A stretch of 64,000 nucleotides of DNA. Source: Candidatus Hodarchaeota archaeon. GTDB taxonomy: Archaea; Asgardarchaeota; Lokiarchaeia; Sigyniarchaeales; SOKP01. Below, one piece after another: positions 18,979-29,651 of the stretch. Position 1 is the first letter of the stretch, and the number at the start of each line of letters is the position of its first letter. The DNA is taken from the NCBI GenBank assembly GCA_048886685.1, contig JBHLKM010000011.1:15115-79114 (forward strand), given 5' to 3'. Under the pieces are notes generated by a model. The model searched no databases, had not been told where the DNA came from, and saw only the letters and a program-made list of their open reading frames with translations. The translations under genes and the position numbers were made by a program.

Positions 18979-21900
18979 GGATTCTTGATAAGAAATATTT
19001 CTGTAAGTAGATTTTCCATTACTGGAATATCCCTTAATTCGACAACTTCGCTTGTTTCTTGAAATTTTTTCAGAGTTTGCCATATGGTGGTATTATTTTG
19101 AATACGTTCTACAAATTCCGTTAATTTCTGCTTAGCCAGATATATCTGACCCTTGAACAAGTAACAAATTAAGAAATCTGACACCGATTCCATAAGTACC
19201 GTATACTGTCCGAATTTAGCGCGATCGAGTCCTTCAGAAAAAATTTCATCACTAATGGAACTAAAGGAACTCATAAAACCACCAAATAGTTCATCGTCAA
19301 ATTTCCATTCCTCAGCAAATGGATAAGAAAAAATAGGAACTCCTCCTGTAGTTAAAATTAAAAGTACTACAGGTTCTTCTTCAACTGTCAAGGTTGGTTT
19401 GAATTCCTTATCCTTCTCAATTTTATTTGAAGCTTGATTAATCTCTTCTGAGAATTGGCGTATTTCGCCTAACCTTGGTGATTCACTTATTTCTATTGGG
19501 CAATTAGGAGCAACTATTCCAATAGTACTCCTAGAAATAGATGGTTCTTGTATAGTCCCTAGTGCTGTAAAAAGGATTGTTTCTTCTCTTTCTACCCTAT
19601 GTAATCGATCTAAAACCTCATTTTCTTTTTCTTTATAACCTGCTTTTCCAAATAATTCAATAGCAGATTTTAAATATTCAGAACCGATTTTTAAAAGTTT
19701 ACCTTTATTATTAAGATCAATTTCTTCGTCAGCCTTAATCAACTGCCATGCAGCATCAAAATAAATTGAAGTTGCTTGAGCCCAATCGGCACCGCTTTTA
19801 AAACCTCCTTTTTCATATAAAGAAGCTGCTTTACTGAGCATAACTTTTACTTTAGGATATAATTGTGTTTTAGATTCTGTTTCAAGGGATTCATCAAACT
19901 TACAACCATTCTCTAAAGCTTGACAAAAAGCAGAATTACCAGATGCTAGAAATTTTAGTTTGGTATCAGAAAAGAGATTACTAGCTTTCGTAAATAATGT
20001 TGCTGCTTCTGCAAATCGGGTATGTTCCTCATATTTTTCTGCCAATTCCATGCTTTCCCATGCTCTACATAGAAAATAAATTGCTTCCAATTCTTTTCGC
20101 TCCCGTTCTAATTTGAAACGAGTGCAAACACCTCTAAATTTTGATGCTGCTGTAGCAAATAATTCTGCTGCTGTTGCGTGTTCTCCTTTCCTCCCAAGAA
20201 TTCTGGCATTTTCAAGGTTAATTCTAGCAGAACAATAATTTATTCTGATATTAGCAACTTTCATAAGTTTATCGATTCTCATCAATTCGTTTTCTCCTTT
20301 TGGTTCCTTAGAGGCTTTCTCGAGATTAATAATAGCTGCTTCAAAGGCTTCTATAGTTTTCTCATATAATTCTATCGCTTGTTTCTGTTGCTCTAGCTTA
20401 CTAATATGTTCTGCTTCCTCTAAAAGTGCCCATGCCTTATAGTATGTTGCTTCAAAATTATATCTAACCATTTCTTTCAAGATATCACTTGCTTTAAGAT
20501 AGAACTCTTTAGCTTTTAAATGATTTTCACCTTTATGATTTACTTTGGCATTTTCAATCAAGTTCCAAGCCAAAGAATATTGAATTTTTTCCCTAATTCT
20601 TTTGATTAATGGTTTATATTCTATTTTCTTTAATACATCTTCATGAATTTCACGCGATTTTTCATAATTTTTAGCAGAGCTAAGGTGATTAGCTAATCGA
20701 TCATCTATTCGAGCAGCATATTGGTATGCGTTAGCAGCATAAACTTTATAGCCTCGTTCAATACACTCATTAATAACCTTAGAAAAATTCTCTTCAGCTT
20801 TTTGTAAAACGTCGTTATTTTGCGACAAAATACCAAGCTCTTCCAAGAGGAGTCCAATTCTTAGTCGAGCTGTGATTATACCTGTTCGAGATTCGACTGT
20901 ATGTTCTATATGGTTCTTTTGGGCTTCTATAGCGATAGTTAAATATTCGATTTTTTCTTTTTCATTCTTTGCAAGATCAACAAGAGTTTTATAGGCATTA
21001 TACCTGGCCAAGTAACCAAAAGACCGAAGAAATCCACCTTCAGCTTCTAGTCCCAGTTCATAAGCTGAATTAGCATTTTCAAGCATTTTTTCAATATATA
21101 TCCCTTGTTTGTTAGTATCTGATGTCAATAAAGCTAATTGTGAATATAGTGAGGTTAAAGACGAATTAATGGCAGGGTCTCTCCTTGAAATAAGCATTTT
21201 TAGGAAGCTTTCCCCATATTCAATTCCTTTTTCAGCAAACTCAATTCTTTGAGCCGGTGTAAATATACTCCACCTTGCTACTATTGAATAATAATTTATT
21301 AAAATTCTATTAATAGAACCTGCAAAAAGATAGAATCCAAGGAATTGCTTTCCTAATTCTTCCATTTCCGAGACATCAGCTACTAATCTTTTTTGAAGAT
21401 AATCAAGTTTTCCACCAAATAATGCCCACCAGTCAATCCAACTTAATAGATCAAGGATGTAGTACTTATCATTTATTGTTCTAGCAATATCCAGAGCCTT
21501 TTCAAGATAAAGCAATCCTTTCTCTGTAAATTCTTCTTGTTTTTTCTCATCTTCAATAAAATGAAAACCAAAGAAACAATTCATACTACCATAGTTAGAG
21601 TATGCTATCATTAGAGATTGAGAATCATCCTTTTTTTCAACATGTATCATAGTTTCATTGCTCCTAGAAAGCAATTCTCTGAAGATTTCTTTCCAACGGG
21701 TATCCCACCTAAATTCTTGAGTTTGTACTTGAGTGGATCTTAAAAGTAATTCGTATTGCAATGATTCTGTTAGAAATTTACTATTACCTATTTCTTTTGA
21801 AATTTTCCAAGATTTTTTTGCAGACTCTATGCCTTTTTGATGAATCTTTTTCCTGTTCACATTAGATTCAGGAGGAATCAAAATTGAAAAAAGTGCAAAA

Positions 21901-22352
21901 TATGATAATGCAGCAGCTAGATTCTCTTTATCATCTTTTTTATAATAAAAATCTATTAATTGTGGGAGCAGGTCTCTAGCTTTCTCTGAGAAGTTTACAA
22001 CTTCTCTTAAAGAAGCTGCGGAATAAAAGTTAATTTGAAGGACACCCACTTCGCATTCTAATATACCAATCCTATTATTTGATTTATTAAAAAGTACTTT
22101 AGCTTTTTCAAAATATTTAATGATTTCATTCTTAGATTTTATTAATTGCTCTTCTGTGTCTACAGTGGAAGCAGCATTAAGATTAACATATCCTAGTTTT
22201 TTATATGTCTCTGCTGCTTCCTCAACCATATTTTTACTTTGAAACAGCTCTGCGGCCTGATTGTAGAATATTAGCGCAGTTGTCCAATCACATATATTTT
22301 CTGCTTGTTGCGCTTTTTCCAATAAATCCTCTACATTTTCTTCAGTCAACAT
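18975..22352 (-). CDS. Large TPR-like solenoid with C-terminal longin/roadblock-like domain
   Basis: Repeated A..Y..A..L helical pairs over ~950 aa; C-terminal beta-beta-alpha-beta-beta-beta-alpha-alpha pattern (LLILTTGGVPIFSY..DDELFGGFMSS). Confidence 0.75.
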   Translation of the reverse strand: MLTEENVEDLLEKAQQAENICDWTTALIFYNQAAELFQSKNMVEEAAETYKKLGYVNLNAASTVDTEEQLIKSKNEIIKYFEKAKVLFNKSNNRIGILECEVGVLQINFYSAASLREVVNFSEKARDLLPQLIDFYYKKDDKENLAAALSYFALFSILIPPESNVNRKKIHQKGIESAKKSWKISKEIGNSKFLTESLQYELLLRSTQVQTQEFRWDTRWKEIFRELLSRSNETMIHVEKKDDSQSLMIAYSNYGSMNCFFGFHFIEDEKKQEEFTEKGLLYLEKALDIARTINDKYYILDLLSWIDWWALFGGKLDYLQKRLVADVSEMEELGKQFLGFYLFAGSINRILINYYSIVARWSIFTPAQRIEFAEKGIEYGESFLKMLISRRDPAINSSLTSLYSQLALLTSDTNKQGIYIEKMLENANSAYELGLEAEGGFLRSFGYLARYNAYKTLVDLAKNEKEKIEYLTIAIEAQKNHIEHTVESRTGIITARLRIGLLLEELGILSQNNDVLQKAEENFSKVINECIERGYKVYAANAYQYAARIDDRLANHLSSAKNYEKSREIHEDVLKKIEYKPLIKRIREKIQYSLAWNLIENAKVNHKGENHLKAKEFYLKASDILKEMVRYNFEATYYKAWALLEEAEHISKLEQQKQAIELYEKTIEAFEAAIINLEKASKEPKGENELMRIDKLMKVANIRINYCSARINLENARILGRKGEHATAAELFATAASKFRGVCTRFKLERERKELEAIYFLCRAWESMELAEKYEEHTRFAEAATLFTKASNLFSDTKLKFLASGNSAFCQALENGCKFDESLETESKTQLYPKVKVMLSKAASLYEKGGFKSGADWAQATSIYFDAAWQLIKADEEIDLNNKGKLLKIGSEYLKSAIELFGKAGYKEKENEVLDRLHRVEREETILFTALGTIQEPSISRSTIGIVAPNCPIEISESPRLGEIRQFSEEINQASNKIEKDKEFKPTLTVEEEPVVLLILTTGGVPIFSYPFAEEWKFDDELFGGFMSSFSSISDEIFSEGLDRAKFGQYTVLMESVSDFLICYLFKGQIYLAKQKLTEFVERIQNNTTIWQTLKKFQETSEVVELRDIPVMENLLTEIFLIKNP

Positions 22353-22486
22353 GGAAGTTTAAAACTCAAAATTAATTTGAATAGAAATATACAATACACA
22401 TAACAATTTCGATGAATGATTAATAAACTGTTTATTGAATTAATAATTTTTTCCTTTTTAACTGTAAAATCATTAAGATATCAATC

Positions 22487-23908
22487 TTATAATCCCATTT
22501 CTCGCATTTTTTGCATGATATCTTGTTTTTTCTTTCCTTTCAAATCATACCATTTAAAAAAAATTACAGCTCCAATTATACAAATTAGAAATGGAAAAAG
22601 TCCCTGGATAATCCTAAGACCGAATTTTGCTTCACTACTAGGGGTTATAGGGTCATAAGCTGTGATAATATGTATGATCGCTACGATAAAACTCTGAATT
22701 GAAACTGAAATTCTTACAAAGAAGTTTCTAATGCCTATTAATGTTGCTTCGAGATGTTTTTTAGTTTTTACTGCAATCTCATCATAGGTGTCAGCTAAGA
22801 TAGGTGATAACATAACCATAAACATTGCGCTTGCAAATCCACCAGTGATACTTATAATATAATATCCTTCTACGTTGTTGATAAACATATACATAAAGGC
22901 ATTAACTCCAATAAGAATCAGACCAATCACGTATGTGTGTGAATGACCAATTTTTTTTGCAACATAAATCCAGATAGGTAAGGATAAAATTGAACAAATC
23001 ACCATTAGAGTAGACCCAATAGATCTTATAATTTGATCCTCTTCAAGTACATCATCTACAAAATTCACAGAATTCATACTTACAAGGCCCATTGCAATCA
23101 TGAAAGATACATATGTTAAAACAGCTAACATAAAGTTTTTTTGTTTAACTCCCATTTTCATCGTCTTAAAAAATGAAATTCTTTCTGCGGTTTGATATCC
23201 TAAAATAAAACTCTCTTTTATTGCATCTGTTTCCTTTGAGCCTGGAAGAAATAATAGAAATGATATAACCATAAATATTAAACTAAAAAATGCAGCGTAA
23301 GTAAATGTTGTTCGACTCCCTGGCTTAATAATTTGCGACCAAATTACTACTGCAAAGTAACTAGCGATGAAGGTGAAAAGTTGAGTCAAAAGTCCCGCTT
23401 TTCTTCTCACAGTATCTCCTCGAAAATGGGCTGCAAAGGCTCCAAAAGAATGTGTGTGCAGAAGAGAAAATGAGGTGTCATATAAAATTACTATAATTAA
23501 ATAATACAATAAAATGGGAATTGCACTTTCAACCCCTATAACGGTTGGTGGAGTAAAAAGGAGTACAAAAAAAATTATTGTAGGAATTCCTCCGATGATA
23601 ATCCAAGGAGTATGAAATCCCCATCTTTTTGTCCATTTCATAGGTTTATCAGTAACAAAACCGATAAGTGGACCACTCATCATGCTCCATAAAGTAAATA
23701 TAGTATTTGTAATCGCCAAATAGATCGGCCACAAGTCAAGTGAGTGTTCACTCACGAAACCAAGTTCATTTTCATAAAATGTCCATACATAATTGTTAAA
23801 GGCAATAATTAAAAAAGTGTTGAAAAAGAATCCTGTAGAAAACAAGATCATCTTAAATGTTGATGCTTCTTGAGGTATTTCTTTCTTTGGGCTTTCATTT
23901 AAAGACAT
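22487..23908 (-). CDS. MFS transporter, GPH (MelB-like) family
   Basis: About 12 TM segments; PLIGFVTD...RWG..PW; ADTYDE. Confidence 0.85.
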   Translation of the reverse strand: MSLNESPKKEIPQEASTFKMILFSTGFFFNTFLIIAFNNYVWTFYENELGFVSEHSLDLWPIYLAITNTIFTLWSMMSGPLIGFVTDKPMKWTKRWGFHTPWIIIGGIPTIIFFVLLFTPPTVIGVESAIPILLYYLIIVILYDTSFSLLHTHSFGAFAAHFRGDTVRRKAGLLTQLFTFIASYFAVVIWSQIIKPGSRTTFTYAAFFSLIFMVISFLLFLPGSKETDAIKESFILGYQTAERISFFKTMKMGVKQKNFMLAVLTYVSFMIAMGLVSMNSVNFVDDVLEEDQIIRSIGSTLMVICSILSLPIWIYVAKKIGHSHTYVIGLILIGVNAFMYMFINNVEGYYIISITGGFASAMFMVMLSPILADTYDEIAVKTKKHLEATLIGIRNFFVRISVSIQSFIVAIIHIITAYDPITPSSEAKFGLRIIQGLFPFLICIIGAVIFFKWYDLKGKKKQDIMQKMREMGL

Positions 23909-24058
23909 TATTTTGATCTCTCTCTAAAATTTTCTTGTAATATTGTATTCTACTTAATTATTTATTAAGTTTTATAGATTATTAGAAATAGTTTTATTAA
24001 TAAATGAATGAATTTCATATTAAATTGAAATTTTATTGCTCTATTAAGCTAACCAAGA

Positions 24059-24065
24059 AGGAGGG
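24059..24065 (+). promoter_or_regulatory. Shine-Dalgarno site (AGGAGGG) upstream of sucC
   Basis: GGAGG ends 8 nt before the ATT at 24073, the same spacing as before the IDH ATG. Confidence 0.65.
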
Positions 24066-24072
24066 ATAATTT

Positions 24073-25197
24073 ATTCGATTACTGGAGTATGAAAGTAAAA
24101 AAATTTTCAAGAAATTTGATATCCCTTTAGTCAAAAACATAGTGATTGAAAGAGGGGATAATATAGAAGAACATGTAAATCAATTTATTTTCCCCGCTAT
24201 AGTTAAATCTCAAATCGCTATTGGAAGTCGAAAAAAAGCAGGATTGATAAAGATCGCAAATTCAAAGGAGGAAGCAAAATCTCTTTGTAATGAATTTTTT
24301 AGTAAAGAAGTTTTGGGATATCAAGTAGAGGCTATTCTTATAGAAGATTTAGCTCAAATTGACCATGAATACTATTGTTCAATAGCTTTAGACGCATCAG
24401 GACGACAATTTTTTATCATAGCTAGTAAAGAAGGAGGAATTGATATTGAAGAGGTATCTAGGGCTAATTCTGATGCAATAATAAAGGAAAGTTTTACAAT
24501 AAGTGAAGGTTTATCTGAAAATCTTGCTAATAAAGTCTCGAAACAATTAGGATTTACTGGGAGACTCTTAAATTCAGCTAAAGAGATATTTCATAAATTA
24601 TGGCAAATTACAAAAGAACTTGAAGCACAATTGGTAGAAATAAATCCATTAGTTCTTACTCCTTCTGGATTAATAGCAGTTGATGGTAAAATGATTCTAG
24701 ATGATGATGCAGCATTTAGACAACCAATCGTGCAAGAATTACAAAATAAAAATCTTACGCCATTAGAGAAATTAGCAAAAGATGCGGGTTTTTCATTTGT
24801 AGAGCTTTCTGGTGAAATTGGCATATTAGCAAATGGAGCGGGATTGACAATGGCACTATTAGATGTTCTCTCAGAACTAGGATTAAAACCCGCTAATTTT
24901 TTAGATGTTGGTGGCGGAGCTAGTAAAGACCGTGTTTATAAAGCATTAGAATTGCTATTTAAAATGAACCCAAAAGCTGTTTTGGTTAATATTTATGGAG
25001 GAATTACTCGTTGTGACGTAGTTGCAGAAGCAATAATTCAAGCATTAGAAAATTTTAAAGATACACCACCGATGGTAATTAGATTAATTGGCACTAACGA
25101 TAAAAAAGGGATTTCCCTCCTTAATAATAAAGGAATTACTGCTTTTCAAAATGTAATAGATGCTGTACAAAAAGTTAAAGAGATTGTGGGGGAATAA
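24073..25197 (+). CDS. sucC: Succinyl-CoA synthetase (ADP-forming) beta subunit; start extended to ATT
   Basis: In-frame extension (I)RLLEYESKKIF matches the SucC N-terminus; EINPL, NGAGL, ANFLDVGGG, NIYGGITRCD. Confidence 0.88.
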   Translation: MRLLEYESKKIFKKFDIPLVKNIVIERGDNIEEHVNQFIFPAIVKSQIAIGSRKKAGLIKIANSKEEAKSLCNEFFSKEVLGYQVEAILIEDLAQIDHEYYCSIALDASGRQFFIIASKEGGIDIEEVSRANSDAIIKESFTISEGLSENLANKVSKQLGFTGRLLNSAKEIFHKLWQITKELEAQLVEINPLVLTPSGLIAVDGKMILDDDAAFRQPIVQELQNKNLTPLEKLAKDAGFSFVELSGEIGILANGAGLTMALLDVLSELGLKPANFLDVGGGASKDRVYKALELLFKMNPKAVLVNIYGGITRCDVVAEAIIQALENFKDTPPMVIRLIGTNDKKGISLLNNKGITAFQNVIDAVQKVKEIVGE

Positions 25198-25198
25198 A

Positions 25199-26059
25199 AT
25201 GTATATCAGCGAAAATTCCAAGGTAGTAGTTCAAGGTATAACTGGAAATCAAGGGATGTTCCATACTCAATTAATGCTGGATTATGGAACCAATATAGTA
25301 GCGGGGGTTACACCAAATAAGGGAGGTCAAATTGTTTATAATATACCAGTTTTCAATAGTGTCAATGAAGCAGTTGAAAAAACAGGTTGTGATACAAGTA
25401 TTATATTTGTTCCTGCGCGATTTACATTTAATGCAGTTAAAGAGAGCTTGCTTGCTGGAATTAAAATGACATGTGTAATAACTGAAAATGTTCCCGTTTT
25501 TGATATGATTCAATTAAGTGAAATTGCTCGTGAGCGCAATTTACATATAGTTGGTCCAAATACTCCAGGTATGCTGATACCAGATAAAATAAAATTAGGG
25601 ATAATGCCAGGTGATATGTGTCATTATGGAAATGTAGCCATTATCTCAAAAAGTGGGACTCTATCCTATGAAATTACGAAAGCAATTGGAAATGCAGGAA
25701 TTGGAGTATCAGCTTTTATTGGAATCGGAGGAGATCCAGTTCGCGGTACAACAATGTTAGAGGCTGTTGAATATTATTCAAACGATCCAAATAGTAAACT
25801 GATGGTTCTTATTGGAGAGATTGGTAGTGATGAAGAAGAAAAGACTGCTGAATTTATTAAAGAAAATGTATCAAAACCAGTAGTTGCTTATATTGCAGGT
25901 AAAAGTGCTCCTGAAGGTAAAAGAATGGGTCATGCTGGTGCGATTATCTCGGGTGATTTTGGTACAGCACAAGGTAAAATTAGAGCTCTCACAGAAGCAG
26001 GGGCTTTAATTGCTGATACTCCTTGGGATGTTCCAGAGTTAATGAAAAAACTACTATAA
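25199..26059 (+). CDS. sucD: Succinyl-CoA synthetase alpha subunit
   Basis: VQGITG, GPNTPG, SKSGTL, GIGGD and MGHAGA (phospho-His); the ATG at 25199 follows the sucC stop. Confidence 0.92.
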   Translation: MYISENSKVVVQGITGNQGMFHTQLMLDYGTNIVAGVTPNKGGQIVYNIPVFNSVNEAVEKTGCDTSIIFVPARFTFNAVKESLLAGIKMTCVITENVPVFDMIQLSEIARERNLHIVGPNTPGMLIPDKIKLGIMPGDMCHYGNVAIISKSGTLSYEITKAIGNAGIGVSAFIGIGGDPVRGTTMLEAVEYYSNDPNSKLMVLIGEIGSDEEEKTAEFIKENVSKPVVAYIAGKSAPEGKRMGHAGAIISGDFGTAQGKIRALTEAGALIADTPWDVPELMKKLL

Positions 26060-26184
26060 TTCTTAAGCAAGAATCTTAAAGAGGAGTAGTAGGAAACTCT
26101 TAATGATCTTTTTTAACTAGATCTATATTATATTTTTTCAAGTTTAAAAATAGAATAAGGATATAAAAAAATTATTTAATTCTT

Positions 26185-26358
26185 CTAAAAGCCGCCAAAA
26201 AAACCATTACAAGCGACCCTGTTTGCTAAGGCTCTATCTTTTGCTTCTTGAAGGGAATATGCTTCCTCAAAATATCTTGGATTCAAATCCCCAAGTATTT
26301 CATTTTGTTCAATTTTAGAGCTTTTCTTTTCCATTGCCTTTTCATAAATTTGGATCAT
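26185..26358 (-). CDS. Putative 57-aa small protein
   Basis: MIQIYEKAMEKKSSKIEQNEILGDLNPRYFEEAYSLQEAKDRALANRVACNGFFGGF*, followed by a T tract on the coding strand. Confidence 0.5.
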   Translation of the reverse strand: MIQIYEKAMEKKSSKIEQNEILGDLNPRYFEEAYSLQEAKDRALANRVACNGFFGGF

Positions 26359-26680
26359 TTTTTTTTCACTTTTTATTGTTTTTTTTATAATTATAATAAT
26401 GTCAAGGTTTAATATATAGTTTAATAATACAAACTTTAATTGGAGTCTTAGACTACTATTAGATTATTACTTTTAACTTATTGAAAAGTCGCCTATATCC
26501 TGTTTTTATTAAGATTTAATATAAGTTTTCATACAAGAATGTTTAATAGATTTAGAGCTTTTATTATTAGTATATAGTCTGTTTATAGAAATTTCAAATA
26601 AGATTTAATATATTACTAATTAGTTGTATGGTGCTGAGAATAATGATCTATACTCCAGATAAAGATTCATTAAAAAATCA

Positions 26681-29386
26681 TCAAGTAAAAAATTCATAAT
26701 AACCTGAACCAATATTAAACACTACATAATTATCCTCTTTTGACTTGAAGCTTATACCTAAATGTTTAATTTCTTTTTCTCCGTTATCCCAAATAATAGT
26801 TTTACCTTCTTTAACTTTTGAGTTTTCATCTTTAATAGGAACCCACACTTCAGCATCACATCCAACAGGAACGATTACAGTAAGCTTAAAATTTAAATCC
26901 GTTTTTTCCCATGCGCTATAAATTAATCCTTTAATAGAATTATGCCTAGCTTGAGTATAATTCATATCTTTCGATATATATGGTTTTATTCTAAAATTTT
27001 TCCATCCAGGGGTTAAAGATTTAATTCCAGCTAATGTTTTATAAAACCATGTATCTACAGATCCAAGCATAATGTGATTATGTGAATTCATCCCTGAGCT
27101 TTCTAGTTTTTCCCATCTTTCCCATAATGTCGTTGCCCCCTCTTTTATCATGTAACCAAAACCGGGAAATGTCTTTTGATTTATCATTTTATAGGCGATT
27201 TCAGGGTATCCATTATCAGATAATACTTCAAAGATATATCTTGTTCCTACAATTCCAGTATCAATATGATAATCATAATGTCCCTTTATAGCATTGATGA
27301 GATAATTCAATATTTCTTGTTCTCTGTCTTCTGGGACCATATTAAGATAAAGTGGAAGTACATTTGACGTTTGACTTATCGCTCTATCTATAAAAGATAT
27401 TTTAATATATTTGTAAGTACGCATTAGGAATTCTTGATTAAAAGAATCCTTAATTTTTATTGCCTTTTCAGCATAATAAGAGCCATCTTCATCATTTCCT
27501 AAGATTTTCGCGATTTTTGATAATAGAAGAGTATCATGATAAAAATAACATGTTGAAACCAAGTCTATAGGGGTTCTTTTTGAAATAATGCACATTGGGG
27601 GGCACCAATCTCCAAATTTGCCGATTTTAAGAATATTTTTTTCAGCTATATTTGATAGAAATTTAATATATAGTTTCATTGACTCATAATGTTCCTTAAG
27701 TACTCGGATATCATTATAATACCAGTACATGTACCATGCGATTGTGATATATGCAGAGCCCCATGCTGGATCGGCAGGATATATACTCCAGTAAGGAGGA
27801 ACAACATCTGATACACTACCATCTTCTAATTGAGCTAATTGTATATCTCGCAAATATTTTGTATAAAAGCGTGCCATATTAAAATTTAACATTGCTTCTT
27901 CACATACGAGTTGAGCATCACCCATCCATCCATGTCTTTCATCCCTTTGAGGGCAATCTGTTGGAATGCTCATAAGATTACTTAATTGACTCCAAATTAT
28001 ATTGGTATGAATATTATTGAATAAATCATTGGAGCAAGAAAACGCACCTACCTTAGGTACATTACTATGAAAAAAATATCCTTCAATAGATTCTTTTGAA
28101 GGAACACCTGGATATCCTGTCAACTCAACATATCTGAAACCATGATAAGTAAAGTGGGGTTGATAAATCTCTTCTCCTTGCCCTTTCAAAGTATATACAT
28201 CAGTTACAGGGGCAGTTCTATTAGTAGCCGTATTTAAAGTCCCATCTTCTTTTAAAATTTCAGCAAATCGTAATTTAACCTTACACCCTCTAGGTCCTCG
28301 AACTTTTAAACGAACGAATCCAGTGAAATTTTGACCAAAATCATAAATATACATTCCTGGTTGGGGACTATCTAATTTTTGAGGTGTCATAACTTTAGTT
28401 ATTTGGATTGGTTGCATTAACTGAGAAATGAGTTTGGGTCCATTTACTAATGCTGCAGGATGCCAAGAAAATTCATCAAAACCGGGAAGATCCCATCCAG
28501 GCATTTCAAGTTGGGCATCATACTTCTCTCCATAATACATTCCATTTTCCATTATTGGTCCAAAAGAAACTCTCCAGTTTTCATCGGTGAATATAATTTC
28601 ATTTGTTCCATCTATATAATCGATATGAATTTGGACTATTAACTTTGGAAAATCATATCCATAATGTACAAGGCAGCGCCCGTTCCCTAAAATAACCCCA
28701 ATTGCATTTCTTTCTTGTAGATTATCAGATATGATATATGTAGAATAAAGTGCAATTTTATTATAGTCCGTTTGAGCGGGATCTAATATTCGATCTCCTA
28801 CTTTTTCCCCATTCAATCTCAACTCATAAAAACCTAATCCGCATATATAGAGTTTTGCAGTTTTAATGGGTTTTATTATATTGAATTCTTTGCGTATGTA
28901 GATTGCATGTACTTCCTTAAAATCTTGTTCTCTTATTAATCCAATTAAATCTCGTTCTCCAGATTTATATTGTAAGCTTTTCCTTGTACTTTCATCGACA
29001 AATTCTTTTTTGCTAATCCATTTTGCCACCCAATCAGATTCTTCCAGAAGTGCTGTTCCAAAGGAGCTAATTTGACTGAACTTACTCTCTGAATCACCTT
29101 TATCCCACCATTTTACGCGCCAATAATATATATTATTACTTTTCAATGGTTTGCCATTATATTCTATATTGATATTAGTTTCTGAAGCAACTTTTCCAGT
29201 ATCCCACAGATCACCGTTTTCCGAACTTGAGAGGGATTTTTCTGAAGAAATAATAATTTGGTAAGCAGATTGAGATTGATTTCTCTCCTCATGCTCTAAA
29301 ATCCATGAAAAACGTGGAAATGGTGTGTCTAGTTCAATTGGATTTTTAAGATATTCACATCTTAAATCAAAAGGAGGTTGAATCAT
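26681..29386 (-). CDS. Alpha-L-rhamnosidase, GH78
   Basis: DFGQNFTG, FTYHGFRY, PTDCPQRDERHGWMGD, GATTLWERW and SHNH motifs; no signal peptide. Confidence 0.93.
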   Translation of the reverse strand: MIQPPFDLRCEYLKNPIELDTPFPRFSWILEHEERNQSQSAYQIIISSEKSLSSSENGDLWDTGKVASETNINIEYNGKPLKSNNIYYWRVKWWDKGDSESKFSQISSFGTALLEESDWVAKWISKKEFVDESTRKSLQYKSGERDLIGLIREQDFKEVHAIYIRKEFNIIKPIKTAKLYICGLGFYELRLNGEKVGDRILDPAQTDYNKIALYSTYIISDNLQERNAIGVILGNGRCLVHYGYDFPKLIVQIHIDYIDGTNEIIFTDENWRVSFGPIMENGMYYGEKYDAQLEMPGWDLPGFDEFSWHPAALVNGPKLISQLMQPIQITKVMTPQKLDSPQPGMYIYDFGQNFTGFVRLKVRGPRGCKVKLRFAEILKEDGTLNTATNRTAPVTDVYTLKGQGEEIYQPHFTYHGFRYVELTGYPGVPSKESIEGYFFHSNVPKVGAFSCSNDLFNNIHTNIIWSQLSNLMSIPTDCPQRDERHGWMGDAQLVCEEAMLNFNMARFYTKYLRDIQLAQLEDGSVSDVVPPYWSIYPADPAWGSAYITIAWYMYWYYNDIRVLKEHYESMKLYIKFLSNIAEKNILKIGKFGDWCPPMCIISKRTPIDLVSTCYFYHDTLLLSKIAKILGNDEDGSYYAEKAIKIKDSFNQEFLMRTYKYIKISFIDRAISQTSNVLPLYLNMVPEDREQEILNYLINAIKGHYDYHIDTGIVGTRYIFEVLSDNGYPEIAYKMINQKTFPGFGYMIKEGATTLWERWEKLESSGMNSHNHIMLGSVDTWFYKTLAGIKSLTPGWKNFRIKPYISKDMNYTQARHNSIKGLIYSAWEKTDLNFKLTVIVPVGCDAEVWVPIKDENSKVKEGKTIIWDNGEKEIKHLGISFKSKEDNYVVFNIGSGYYEFFT

Positions 29387-29651
29387 AGTAATTTTAATAA
29401 TAATTATCTAATAAAATATAATGCAAACACTCAAAAGATAGACAATTATGGAATAATCCCTAGTCTCTAATATATTAATGAAATCAATCTTTATTAGCAG
29501 AAAAAATCTAATATGAATATTGATATTCTTAAAAAGGTGTATTTAAATGGAGGAAAAATTTTCTCCCATGTGTGTACATTAAAGACCAGGATTTTATTGT
29601 TTCTGGAGATTTAGTTATTCAATATCAAAGTTTAAATTAAAAGAAATTAAT

